In this document: positions 1-9,358 of the stretch, piece after piece
Numbering within the stretch: the first letter of the stretch is position 1
How the letters are laid out: the number at the start of each line of letters is the position of its first letter
Virus record (IMG/VR): IMGVR_UViG_3300019765_000012
Span: 1-35,835 of that record
Strand: one strand, 5' to 3'
DNA from: a virus
Lineage: Duplodnaviria; Caudoviricetes
DNA: 35,835 nt
Translations under genes and position numbers: made by a program
The notes under the pieces: model-generated
Databases searched by the model: none
What the model saw: only the letters and a program-made list of their open reading frames with translations
Told to the model about the DNA's origin: nothing

Positions 1-157
1 AACCTACAGTTAGCCCTGGAATAACCTTACGCCAACTCAAATCAATGGTTCCTAGTGAACTTGTAGACAAAAAAGTAAAAGGTATAGATTTAGTGTACCT
101 TTCTTTTCTTCCCAAGCCAAGAACCGATTGAGCAGCTATAGTAGTAACAAATGGCAT
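1..157 (-). CDS. 5' part of a putative adhesin/virion protein, runs off the window edge
   Basis: Not in the ORF track. ATG at 157 overlaps the upstream stop (TAATG); frame is open to base 1: MPFVTTIAAQSVLGLGRKERYTKSIPFTFLSTSSLG... The N-terminus resembles that of the 1276-aa protein (MPFLKTTTGRLL). Confidence 0.65.
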   Translation of the reverse strand, partial: MPFVTTIAAQSVLGLGRKERYTKSIPFTFLSTSSLGTIDLSWRKVIPGLTVG

Positions 158-363
158 TATGTCACTTCCCTAATCAACCAAGTACAAGTGAAGTATTCTA
201 CATACAAAGGAGTTGGATTAAGTGTTTCATCATAATCAGGAAAGTTGTCTGTAATCCATTGTTCACACTGTTCATATGTGTTTTCAGTGTGTAGACTTGT
301 TCCGTAATCAGGTCCTGAAAAAAGTTCGTTGTTGCCTGGATCTTCTACCCATACTTCGTACAT
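157..363 (-). CDS. Small acidic hypothetical protein (68 aa)
   Basis: AGGA Shine-Dalgarno upstream, fills the gap between co-oriented genes, stop overlaps the next ATG. Confidence 0.65.
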   Translation of the reverse strand: MYEVWVEDPGNNELFSGPDYGTSLHTENTYEQCEQWITDNFPDYDETLNPTPLYVEYFTCTWLIREVT

Positions 364-375
364 TTTTAAATCCTA

Positions 376-1305
376 TTAGGCAAATTGTGTCATACCCATC
401 AATACTTCAAATGTACCGCTGCCTGTTTTGAGTATTGTAAATGAATAAACATCTAAACTGTTAGCATTACCACTGGTAATATTGACTCCACCTTGATATT
501 TTGGAGTAATAGTAGACCCGTCTACTTGAATTGTGTTGAAATAATAAGGTGTAGCACCATTGGTTAAAATTATAGCGGCAGTGATACTATCAATGTTGTT
601 TAGTATACTGTCTAATGTTTCACTTGAAGTTGCTCTGAAATTAATAGTTCTGTTGGCTGTTTGTGCTGTGTTTAAGTACCACAATGCACCGTCTCTGAGA
701 TCAATGTCTATTGTTCCGCTGGTGGTAGCATTCAAGGTGCCATTTTCAATAATTTCAGAAAAATAACTTGTACCATCTACGGTAAGACCATCTGTTGTTG
801 CAGTACCTGCTATATCAATACCAGTGTTGTTGGTAGTGAGTTTGGTACTACCATCATAAAAAAGTTGAACTCCACTATTAGCAGCGGCAGTAATATAAGT
901 TTCAGCAGTGGTATAGTTACTTACTGTAAATTGTCCGTTGGGTCTTAGTGTTAGTACGCCTTCTGTATTGTCAACAAAAGCTGCACCACCTATACCTGTG
1001 TGATACATCTGTAATTCATTGTTGTCTCCAAGACGAATTTTATCATTGTCTCCGAGGTCTACAGTTTGTGTGTTGGCATTATTCAGTGTGGTTGTAGTAC
1101 CTTGAACTGTTAAATTTCCCGATACTATTAAATTGTTTAGTGTGGCATTAGCTCCTGTATGAAACACAGGAAAGCCACCTGCTGTAGCACCATCATGCAC
1201 AACAATTGTATTTTTGTCTGTATCTACAGTGATTTCACCCGCAGCACCAACAAAAGTATTGTGTTGTGTAGTTGATCCTCTTCTTAGTTGTAATGTTGTT
1301 GGCAT
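376..1305 (-). CDS. Fibre-like virion protein with Mtd-type N-terminal domain
   Basis: N-terminal LQLRRGST...GAAGEITVDTDKNTIVVHDGATAGG matches the major tropism determinant N-terminal motif; G/T/N-rich shaft; C-terminal domain shared with the 804-aa and 1126-aa proteins. Confidence 0.75.
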   Translation of the reverse strand: MPTTLQLRRGSTTQHNTFVGAAGEITVDTDKNTIVVHDGATAGGFPVFHTGANATLNNLIVSGNLTVQGTTTTLNNANTQTVDLGDNDKIRLGDNNELQMYHTGIGGAAFVDNTEGVLTLRPNGQFTVSNYTTAETYITAAANSGVQLFYDGSTKLTTNNTGIDIAGTATTDGLTVDGTSYFSEIIENGTLNATTSGTIDIDLRDGALWYLNTAQTANRTINFRATSSETLDSILNNIDSITAAIILTNGATPYYFNTIQVDGSTITPKYQGGVNITSGNANSLDVYSFTILKTGSGTFEVLMGMTQFA

Positions 1306-1317
1306 TTTTTCTTCCTA

Positions 1318-1794
1318 TTATGTTAATCCTGGTCCTAGGTCTTCTGCAGCAAAAACTATTGTTTTTTCACAATCAAAATTAGTAGCAGTTCCTATTTCAA
1401 ATCCCAAAGTTTGAAAATCTTGTGTTAAATCTCCAAGATCTCCTTGTGGGAAAACAATACCCACAGAATCAAATCTAACCCATTGTCCGTTTTGGTAAAC
1501 TTCCATGACTTGTGTGGTTGTGTTGTAAATTATATCTCCGCCTAATGCTCCTACAATAGCGTCTCGTTGTGCTGAACTTAGTCTAGCAGGTGTAAAAGGG
1601 GAATCTTTGACCAATACCCTACTAGCAGCATCAAGTTCAATATTTGCACCAGCAGTAAATATAGTACTGCTAGTACCAGTTACATTGATATTTCCTGTAA
1701 CAGTGATATTATCAAACTGTACATCATCTGTGTTATCACCGTCGAAATCGCCTGATCTACTTGCAAAATCTGCTTTGTTTCTTACTCTACTCAT
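1318..1794 (-). CDS. Virion structural/fibre-associated protein (158 aa)
   Basis: SSAQRDA...GDIIYNTTTQVMEVYQNGQW fibre module also found in the 819-aa protein; ATG overlaps the upstream stop. Confidence 0.7.
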   Translation of the reverse strand: MSRVRNKADFASRSGDFDGDNTDDVQFDNITVTGNINVTGTSSTIFTAGANIELDAASRVLVKDSPFTPARLSSAQRDAIVGALGGDIIYNTTTQVMEVYQNGQWVRFDSVGIVFPQGDLGDLTQDFQTLGFEIGTATNFDCEKTIVFAAEDLGPGLT

Positions 1795-3209
1795 ACTGGC
1801 ATGTACCTTATATCTATACTTTGATCTTGTAACGGAGCAACAGCAAATGTTAGTGTTGTTCCTGCCACAGTGTAATCACTGGGAGGTAATATTAGACCAT
1901 CTAATATTACCAGTACACTGTCAGCTGTGTGTCCACTGGCAATTGTAAAATTAACTGTGGTATTATCGCCTGTGTACTGATTGCTTGAATATGTCAAACT
2001 AAGTTTGGCATTTGTAATTGTTCCGTCACCTACAGTTGTTACATTTGCAGGCAATCCCAAATAACGTATGTATATTCTAGCATTTAGTGCAGGAGCACCT
2101 GTAAATGTCAGTGTAGTTGAACTAGTAGTGTAGTTGATTGCTGGTTCTTGCACAATGTTGTCTACTAAAACTAACAGTGCTTGTGCTGTTCCTGGGTCAT
2201 GGGACAGTGCATAATCAACTGTATTACCATCTCCTGTGTATGTATCGTTTACATAAAATCCTGTTTGAAGATTAGCAGTACCAATATATCCAAATTCAAA
2301 CTGGCTGTTAGCAGTTGAATAAAACAGTATCTCACCGTCCAGTGCAGGGCCTGCTTCTACATCTGCTAGCGCAGTGATATTTGTTGTGGCAATTCTTGTA
2401 TCAAAGCTAGTTTCAAATTCTGCTTGACTAAAACTTTCACCTGCTTCGAATCTACTCTGTGCTGCATTCCATATTATGGTTTGTCCGTCTGTGGGAGGCG
2501 TACTAAAGTCGACATCTGAAAAACTATCCAGCGTATCTGCTGTGTCTAACAGTCTATCTGTATTAAAGTAGGGCTGTTTATTGAATTGCCAAGCATCCAG
2601 TGCATTATCATATATTAGTGTAGCATTAGCACCATCAATTGTGATTCCTGCACCATCTGCTGCAACTGAATCTGCTGCACCACTAGCTATAGTAATATTA
2701 AGGTCGTCTACGCTGAGTTCGGTACTATTTATAGTGGTTGTTGTGCCGTTAACGACAAGATTACCCGTTACTGTTAAATCATTGCCAATTGTAACATCAC
2801 TGGGAAGTCCAACAGTCACAGTATCAGTTGCACTTACTGCAACCTCTACTTCATTTGCAGTTCCAAGAAATGTAACAGTGTTGGTTGCGTCAATCTGCTC
2901 TGTTGTAACGCCGTCAGTGATACTAAAAATATTACTACTAAAACCACTAATTGTCAAGGTATTTGCTAAATCATCATAATTTAAAGTTATGTTGTTTCCT
3001 GCTTGCAACAGTTGACTAACTCTGTCATCTATGTTTTCAGGACTTTGGTAGAGATTGACAGCACCTTCTGTGATATCATCACTGTCAAATGCAGTGTTGA
3101 CTCTGATTAATGCTTCCCAAATACCAGCCGTGCTGTTATACTTCCAGCCTCTGCCCAAGGCTTGATAGATATCACCATCTGCGGGATTATTTGGAAAGTT
3201 CAGTGCCAT
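1791..3209 (-). CDS. Fibre-like virion structural protein (472 aa)
   Basis: MALNFPNNP N-terminus, TTINSTELSVDDLNITIASGAAD module, two C-terminal YTGDxxT...LVxxDxxxxxP...YT...TLTFxxAP repeats. Confidence 0.75.
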   Translation of the reverse strand: MALNFPNNPADGDIYQALGRGWKYNSTAGIWEALIRVNTAFDSDDITEGAVNLYQSPENIDDRVSQLLQAGNNITLNYDDLANTLTISGFSSNIFSITDGVTTEQIDATNTVTFLGTANEVEVAVSATDTVTVGLPSDVTIGNDLTVTGNLVVNGTTTTINSTELSVDDLNITIASGAADSVAADGAGITIDGANATLIYDNALDAWQFNKQPYFNTDRLLDTADTLDSFSDVDFSTPPTDGQTIIWNAAQSRFEAGESFSQAEFETSFDTRIATTNITALADVEAGPALDGEILFYSTANSQFEFGYIGTANLQTGFYVNDTYTGDGNTVDYALSHDPGTAQALLVLVDNIVQEPAINYTTSSTTLTFTGAPALNARIYIRYLGLPANVTTVGDGTITNAKLSLTYSSNQYTGDNTTVNFTIASGHTADSVLVILDGLILPPSDYTVAGTTLTFAVAPLQDQSIDIRYMPV

Positions 3210-3234
3210 ATGTGTATCCTAGTCTACTTACACA

Positions 3235-3242
3235 TATTTATA
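3235..3242 (-). promoter_or_regulatory. T4-type late promoter TATAAATA
   Basis: Exact T4 gp55 consensus, intergenic, ~25 nt upstream of ATG 3209. Confidence 0.75.
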
Positions 3243-3243
3243 C

Positions 3244-5940
3244 TTATCTCTTGTGCTGAGTGACAAGTTGTGGAGCACCTGACGTAGAACCGTTTGCTAT
3301 AACAGCTCTATTGCTGTTTGCAGCAACAGGTGCTGGAAAATTGTTACTCATTTTAGTAGTATAATCTGGGCTTGCTGTAATACCGCCAACAAACTTAGCA
3401 GTATCATAAACATACAATGCAGCTTGAGAAGTCAAATTGTCTTGTTGTGCTATAAATGCGTATCTTCCATCTGCGGATAATGCAACACCCTGACCAAAAA
3501 ATCCTTGATTTATTGGATTTGGTGTATCAATGTTGTAAAAGTAACTACCTGTAGTTAAACTACCAAGATATGCTCTTCCTGCTTGAGTTAAGCCACCACT
3601 AGTTTCATTATAACTACCTATTAGTACATGACCAGCAGTTTCTGATATTGCAATCTGTTGTTGATTCCCCCGTGTAAAAAAAGAAGTTTGGGTTGGATTT
3701 TGAAACTCCCAAGTGTATGCCGGAGAACTTCCTACTGCACCAAATGTACTTTTGTCCCAAACATAAACTGCACCTTCGTATGTTTTAGGATTGTCTTCTG
3801 CCCCAGGTATACCTACTGCAATCCATTTGCCATCTATTGCAACACTGTATCCCATTCTATCAGCAGTACCACTGGGTAGATTGGGATTTGCTAGTATATA
3901 AGTTGCACTGGTGATCGAACCTGTACTAAAAGTGCTGATATCATACAAATAAGCAGCACCATGTGATCCTTGATTGGTGTGTGTAGTAGCAGGCGCACCT
4001 ACTACAAGCCAACCATTGTGTATAGCTACTTGCCATCCAAACCACGAACTGCCGCTTTGTGTTGCACCATCTGGTGCAGTTGCAAACGATTCTAATGTGT
4101 AATTTGCACTGGTAATAGTACTGCCAACACTGCCGAATGTTGTTATATCATATACATAAACACGACCGTTGGTATTGTAATCATAATCGCCTATAGCAAT
4201 ATAGTTTCCATCTACAGCAACACCAGTACCAAAACCTGTAGAAGATGGAACTGGATTTTGCAAGGTATACAGCAAATCTCCAGATAGATTAAAAACATAA
4301 GCTACACCTGCGCCTGCACCTCCTAAATCTTCTCCTGTCGCACTAACAACAACATAGTTTTCACTCATATCTAGGTTACGACCAAAATAATCAGTTGGAT
4401 CTGATGGTTCAATATCAGGATTGCTTATTGTAAGTTCTACACTCCAAGGCAACGGAACATATGGTAGTGTATCAGTCTCAAAATGATAATTATACCCAAA
4501 GCCTGAAATTTGATTTGCAAGGCTTAAAGAAGTGTTGGCACTGGCTGTAGATGTGATACCACTAGTCAGTGGATTAGCAGCCCCAACACTATTAGAACTA
4601 AAAGTATAGAAGTATGTGGTTTGGGTATTTAACTGTGTTAAATTCCTTGCTGTGTGTATTGTATATGTTGCACCATCATAGTCATATGTGATATTAGCAG
4701 CAACGTTATCCCATACAGCATCATAATCTAATTTTATCAAGTGAACACCTGATGTGCTGTCTCCTAACAAATAGACATTTCCTTGATAATCAAAGTGCAT
4801 TACCATTAGCATTGCTTCAGGTACTTCAATATATGTAAAATCTCTATCCATGCTGCTAACACTAAGATCACTTTTAAAAGGCATGATAACTTGCATGTAT
4901 TTGCTATTGATTATATCATTGTTGAGTGCATAACACCATCTAAGTTCATCAACTGTTGCTTTATTATCTTTGCGTTGTGCAAAAGTACTAGGATAAACAG
5001 CATCGCCCGCTGCAGATCCGCTATAAGGAGTATTAACACTATACGTCATTCGCCTAAGATCGTTGGTGGAAAGGTCTCTGTCATTTATTACTCCAAAGTA
5101 TTGAGTGTTGTTGCTTGCTTGTATATCAAATATTACCCTGTCGCCTGTTTGACCTACAAACAAACAATGATTACAGAAACTAGATGCACTTGTGCTTCCT
5201 CCCCACACACTATAAGGAGAACTGCCGTACACAGTTGTTAGTTCCAGTCTATCTGCGCCATTGCCATTGTTGAATGATGCAATTATAAATCCATCAGTTT
5301 CATTTCCCCCAATAGTAAGCGGACGTCGACTGTAGCCACTGAATGAGGTGCCAACATTTGTGAGTGAAGTATTTGGAATAATTACTGAACTTACAATTGA
5401 TCCTGTGCTGGTATTGAATTTAGCAACAAACATTTCATTATTGGTTTGATCATGTGCAGGAAGAAAAAAACTATCATCTGAAACACAGCCGCCAAGAGTA
5501 TGTCCGCCGTTGGCAGCTTGAAATCCACTCCCGTACTCTATATTTCCGCCTAATTCAATTTGATCTACAATAGAACCGTCATCTGCTACCAACATTAGAT
5601 AAGTATCTCCTGCTGATCCCGGATTACTATTTTTAGAATATATATAAAATCCATCTGTAACAGGATCATGATAAATTTCTGCTGTTTTGCCACTACCTAA
5701 ATGACTGTAGGTTCTTTTTTCAAGTATATCTCCTGTTTTGTCCAGTAGTACTAATAAAAACTCATTGTTGGGATACAGTCGAAGATGAAGTGCAATTATA
5801 CCTTTGCGATTGACAGCCAACGAACTACCAGCACTCATGGTATAATCGCCGCTAGCATCATGCACACCCATAAAAAAACTGCTATTAGGTAGTCCTTGTA
5901 CTCTGCTGATTACGGATGCTAGTTGACTAAAACGTGCCAT
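3244..5940 (-). CDS. Putative adhesin with C-terminal FG-GAP-type beta-propeller (898 aa)
   Basis: Repeats DYFGRNLDMSENYVVVSA, GFGTGVAVDGNYIAIG, WFGWQVAIHNGWLVVGAP, RMGYSVAIDGKWIAVGIP, FFGQGVALSADG, followed by G-x-[AV]-Y-[VL]-[FYW]-like strands. Confidence 0.75.
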   Translation of the reverse strand: MARFSQLASVISRVQGLPNSSFFMGVHDASGDYTMSAGSSLAVNRKGIIALHLRLYPNNEFLLVLLDKTGDILEKRTYSHLGSGKTAEIYHDPVTDGFYIYSKNSNPGSAGDTYLMLVADDGSIVDQIELGGNIEYGSGFQAANGGHTLGGCVSDDSFFLPAHDQTNNEMFVAKFNTSTGSIVSSVIIPNTSLTNVGTSFSGYSRRPLTIGGNETDGFIIASFNNGNGADRLELTTVYGSSPYSVWGGSTSASSFCNHCLFVGQTGDRVIFDIQASNNTQYFGVINDRDLSTNDLRRMTYSVNTPYSGSAAGDAVYPSTFAQRKDNKATVDELRWCYALNNDIINSKYMQVIMPFKSDLSVSSMDRDFTYIEVPEAMLMVMHFDYQGNVYLLGDSTSGVHLIKLDYDAVWDNVAANITYDYDGATYTIHTARNLTQLNTQTTYFYTFSSNSVGAANPLTSGITSTASANTSLSLANQISGFGYNYHFETDTLPYVPLPWSVELTISNPDIEPSDPTDYFGRNLDMSENYVVVSATGEDLGGAGAGVAYVFNLSGDLLYTLQNPVPSSTGFGTGVAVDGNYIAIGDYDYNTNGRVYVYDITTFGSVGSTITSANYTLESFATAPDGATQSGSSWFGWQVAIHNGWLVVGAPATTHTNQGSHGAAYLYDISTFSTGSITSATYILANPNLPSGTADRMGYSVAIDGKWIAVGIPGAEDNPKTYEGAVYVWDKSTFGAVGSSPAYTWEFQNPTQTSFFTRGNQQQIAISETAGHVLIGSYNETSGGLTQAGRAYLGSLTTGSYFYNIDTPNPINQGFFGQGVALSADGRYAFIAQQDNLTSQAALYVYDTAKFVGGITASPDYTTKMSNNFPAPVAANSNRAVIANGSTSGAPQLVTQHKR

Positions 5941-8900
5941 TATGAATAATCCGCTTCGTTAGCAATCACTGTCCAAGAACTGCCTATGCGGAATAAATTA
6001 TAAACAAAAACATCTACACCGTTTGCATTTGAACTACTAAATGCAGTGCCAGCACTGTAGTTAACAGTTGTTGCAACACCATCTATTTGAAGTGCAGTTG
6101 GTACACGAGGTGTAGCACCTTGTACTACAACAACACTAACTGTGTACACATAGCTGCTTGCAGTGTCCATGTTTGTGATGTTTACTGTAAAGTCTGCTGC
6201 TGGTGCTGTGTGGTAAAACACTTGGGCGGAATTGTAGTTGTGTGCAACAACACCTGTGGCTGCAGAAATTGTTGCGATTTTTTCTCTGGTGGTTGTAAAA
6301 CTACTTTTGTTGAGTATGTTCATGCCAGTGGTAATATCAATACCATTTGCATATCCTGTAGTACTAACTGTCTGGGTAACTTTGGCAATATCTTCAGCTC
6401 TTAACAGTAGATTTTCTTGACCAAAAACAACTATACCTTGATTGCCGTTAACAGTGCTTATTGATCCATTTATATTTTGATCCCCGCTTGTGCTTGGAGA
6501 TCCGTCTGTACCTGTAGTACCATAGTTTATAAAGTCAATCCAAGGATCATCTTCTGGTCCAGTATCTTCGCCTAAACTCAAACCTAATACTGCACCTTGG
6601 TTGCCTTGATCTATTACAGTGCGTTCCACATGCATAACGTAACCAGTATTATTACCACTAAATTCAAAATTAGCTAGATCAGGATCGTCATTGCCACCTG
6701 TGCCGTCTATTACAAACCGAGCGCCGTTGCTTGCACCATTGCCAAAGCATTGAAAAGTCAATCTACCATCTTCTGATCCGTTGGTTACATCGCTCATTTC
6801 AGCAAAAATGTAAGCATACAGTGTGTCTGCGCCTGCACTGTCTTTGCCTACAAATCTAATTATTCCAAGATCCATACCATCTGATACACTAGTAGTAGTT
6901 CTTTGAAAATGCAGTTCAGGTCTAGAAGAGCTGCCTGTTTGATCATTTTGTAATATAATTCTAGGTCGCTGGCTGTTTGTGCTGCTGATAAAAATTTTAT
7001 CATCACTAGTACTTGTTGCATCGCCTACTATAACGTGACCACTGTGATTAGGCAGTGTGATTGTATTGTCTTGTGTAGGATCTTCTACTGTGAGTGTTGT
7101 TTCGAAGTTATCTGCTGTTGCTCCTTCAAATATCAAGTTTCCTACCAGATTGACATCCCCAGCTGATAAGTTTCCTACCAGATTGACATCCCCAGCTGAT
7201 AAGTTTCCTACCAGATTGACATCCCCAGTTGAACCAATGGTCATTCTTTCAGTGAATGCGGTACCAAAACTCATAACATTAGTAGATTGATTATAAGTGA
7301 TATATCCTTTGTAGGCATTTGTCCCAGTTGGACTATCAGCAAAATATATATTACCTGAAGTACCTGCAGAAGAATATATAGTTAGACCATGAACAGCACT
7401 ACCATCACCAATAACAACATCATTTGCATTACTATTGAAGTCTCCAGGGTTGTTTAAACCAACGCCAATTCTACCAAATACATCTAGATCAGCACTACTG
7501 ATAGTAACATCATTGACCAATGTCCCCACACTGGTGATATTATTTAAATTGCCTGTTGTGATCACTGTACCCGTTGCATCAGGTAGTGTTACTGTTCTAT
7601 CTGCTGTTGGATTTGTAACTGCAATTGTTGTTTCAAAATCATCTGCTATACTGCCTTCAAATACCACACTGTCAGTTAAAACACTGGTTGCTGTGAGTGT
7701 TCCAGTCAGCTGTAGATTGCCAGATACATCTGTCAGTGCAACTGTACCACTAGCATCTGGTAGTGTAATAGTGTTGTCTTGTGTGGGGTCTGTGGGAGAT
7801 AGCAGTGTTTCAAAATCATCAGCAGTACTTCCTTCAAACACAATACCGTTGTTGTACAGTACAATTTCACCATCTGCATCTGGTATAGTAATTGTTCTAT
7901 TAGCAGAAGTTATGCCTTTGGTAATCGTTGTTGTGAAGTCTGGATCAACGCCCGGCGTTACTGGGTCATCTGCTAGTAATAAATTTGTGCCTTTGATAAC
8001 AAATGGTTGATATGCTGTGGTTCCTGTACCATCAAAGAATAAATAGGTATTTCCATCAATTCTAATATTAAATTCACTACCACTTATAGTATTTGTAGGA
8101 TCTATGTCAATAAAAGTTGTATCGCCGTCTATGCTAAATTCACTATTTCCACCGGCACCTAAATTTAAAGTTATCTTAGGTTGCGAGCCTTGTAGTGTGA
8201 CTTGCGCTGTTTCTTTGGTACTTTCAACTAGATTTAACCAAGTACTGTTGTAAACTTCAAATTTTGTATCTGAACTGTTGTATCTTATCATACCAGTAAC
8301 TGGCGAACTTGATTGTTCAGCAGTTGATCCCACTGGCAATTTAACTGAATCTGTAGATCCTATATCCAGTGTTGCTTGAGGTGTTTGTGTGCCAATTCCA
8401 ACAACACCCGATTGCAAAATAGACATAACACTATTACCGCTAATTCCTGAACTGTCTTCAAAAGTAATAGCATCGCTAGCAGTTCTGTACAATATAGACA
8501 TACCATCTGAACTAGTATTATCATACCCGAACTGTATGCCATGAGATCCGCTGTTTGAACCTAAATCACCCAACTGAACAAGTGCATCGTTTCCGCTTAC
8601 AATAACTTTTGATGTACCTTGAGATCCAACGCCTGTTCCGCCATTGACTTCAAAAAGAGCTGTAGGTTCATCTAATCCTATACCTACTCTGTTGTTTGTA
8701 GCGTCAATTGCAAGAATGCTTGTTGTAGTCGAAGAACTGTGAAATCCTGCAACACCACTTGATCCTACTTCTTCCAAAATAATATCGTCGACTGTTGATA
8801 AAACAAGTCCCAATCCTTTGTTGATTTCCCAAATGTCTCCTGCACTAGAATAATTTAGTGTAGCATTAGCACCGTCCACTGTGAGACCTGCGCCGTTTGC

Positions 8901-9320
8901 ACTTGCTGCATCTGCTGCACCACTAGCAACAGTTATGTTTAGATCATCTACTTCTAGTGTGGTGCTGTTGATAGTTGTAGTAGTGCCGTCGACTGTGAGG
9001 TCTCCTGTGATGTTTACATTGTCTGCAAAGTTTACTACACCACTAAATGTGCCTCCGCTGCTGGCACTAACACTGTCTGCGGCATTAAAAGTTTTGTGAG
9101 ATATTACAGTTATTTCATCATTTAATGATGCGCCAACTGCTAGAACAACTGTAGCACCATCTGTAGCTGTATAATCAGTAGGAGACAACAACACACCATT
9201 TTGAAAAACATCAATAAATGACGGTGTATAAGGCAAATTAAATGTTTGTTGGTTGGCTGTAGCAGTAAAGTTGTGTGCTATTCTTCTACCTGAACCTAAA
9301 CTTCTTCCGATATATGGCAC
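5940..9320 (-). CDS. Long fibre-like virion protein (1126 aa)
   Basis: MPYIG N-terminus, three FEGxxADxFET...TITLP modules, VGIGxxxP fibre repeats, shared C-terminal domain. Confidence 0.8.
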   Translation of the reverse strand: MPYIGRSLGSGRRIAHNFTATANQQTFNLPYTPSFIDVFQNGVLLSPTDYTATDGATVVLAVGASLNDEITVISHKTFNAADSVSASSGGTFSGVVNFADNVNITGDLTVDGTTTTINSTTLEVDDLNITVASGAADAASANGAGLTVDGANATLNYSSAGDIWEINKGLGLVLSTVDDIILEEVGSSGVAGFHSSSTTTSILAIDATNNRVGIGLDEPTALFEVNGGTGVGSQGTSKVIVSGNDALVQLGDLGSNSGSHGIQFGYDNTSSDGMSILYRTASDAITFEDSSGISGNSVMSILQSGVVGIGTQTPQATLDIGSTDSVKLPVGSTAEQSSSPVTGMIRYNSSDTKFEVYNSTWLNLVESTKETAQVTLQGSQPKITLNLGAGGNSEFSIDGDTTFIDIDPTNTISGSEFNIRIDGNTYLFFDGTGTTAYQPFVIKGTNLLLADDPVTPGVDPDFTTTITKGITSANRTITIPDADGEIVLYNNGIVFEGSTADDFETLLSPTDPTQDNTITLPDASGTVALTDVSGNLQLTGTLTATSVLTDSVVFEGSIADDFETTIAVTNPTADRTVTLPDATGTVITTGNLNNITSVGTLVNDVTISSADLDVFGRIGVGLNNPGDFNSNANDVVIGDGSAVHGLTIYSSAGTSGNIYFADSPTGTNAYKGYITYNQSTNVMSFGTAFTERMTIGSTGDVNLVGNLSAGDVNLVGNLSAGDVNLVGNLIFEGATADNFETTLTVEDPTQDNTITLPNHSGHVIVGDATSTSDDKIFISSTNSQRPRIILQNDQTGSSSRPELHFQRTTTSVSDGMDLGIIRFVGKDSAGADTLYAYIFAEMSDVTNGSEDGRLTFQCFGNGASNGARFVIDGTGGNDDPDLANFEFSGNNTGYVMHVERTVIDQGNQGAVLGLSLGEDTGPEDDPWIDFINYGTTGTDGSPSTSGDQNINGSISTVNGNQGIVVFGQENLLLRAEDIAKVTQTVSTTGYANGIDITTGMNILNKSSFTTTREKIATISAATGVVAHNYNSAQVFYHTAPAADFTVNITNMDTASSYVYTVSVVVVQGATPRVPTALQIDGVATTVNYSAGTAFSSSNANGVDVFVYNLFRIGSSWTVIANEADYS
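7135..7232. repeat. 33-bp tandem repeat, about 3 copies (encodes GDVNLVGNLSA)
   Basis: AAGTTTCCTACCAGATTGACATCCCCAGCTGAT is exact at 7135-7167 and 7168-7200; the third copy matches for 28 nt from 7201. Confidence 0.95.
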
Positions 9321-9348
9321 TAGAAAATCCTTGTAAATGTATTATACA

Positions 9349-9356
9349 TATTTATT
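9349..9356 (-). promoter_or_regulatory. Late promoter variant AATAAATA
   Basis: Intergenic, ~28 nt upstream of ATG 9320. Confidence 0.65.
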
Positions 9357-9358
9357 CA

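Noticed and set aside
376-1305. Diversity-generating retroelement suggested by the Mtd-type domain
   Set aside because: Only the N-terminal anchor motif is present; I see no reverse transcriptase and no repeat pair differing specifically at adenines in this window.
7135-7232. CRISPR array (repeat length 33 bp)
   Set aside because: The repeats are contiguous with no spacers and lie in frame within a CDS.
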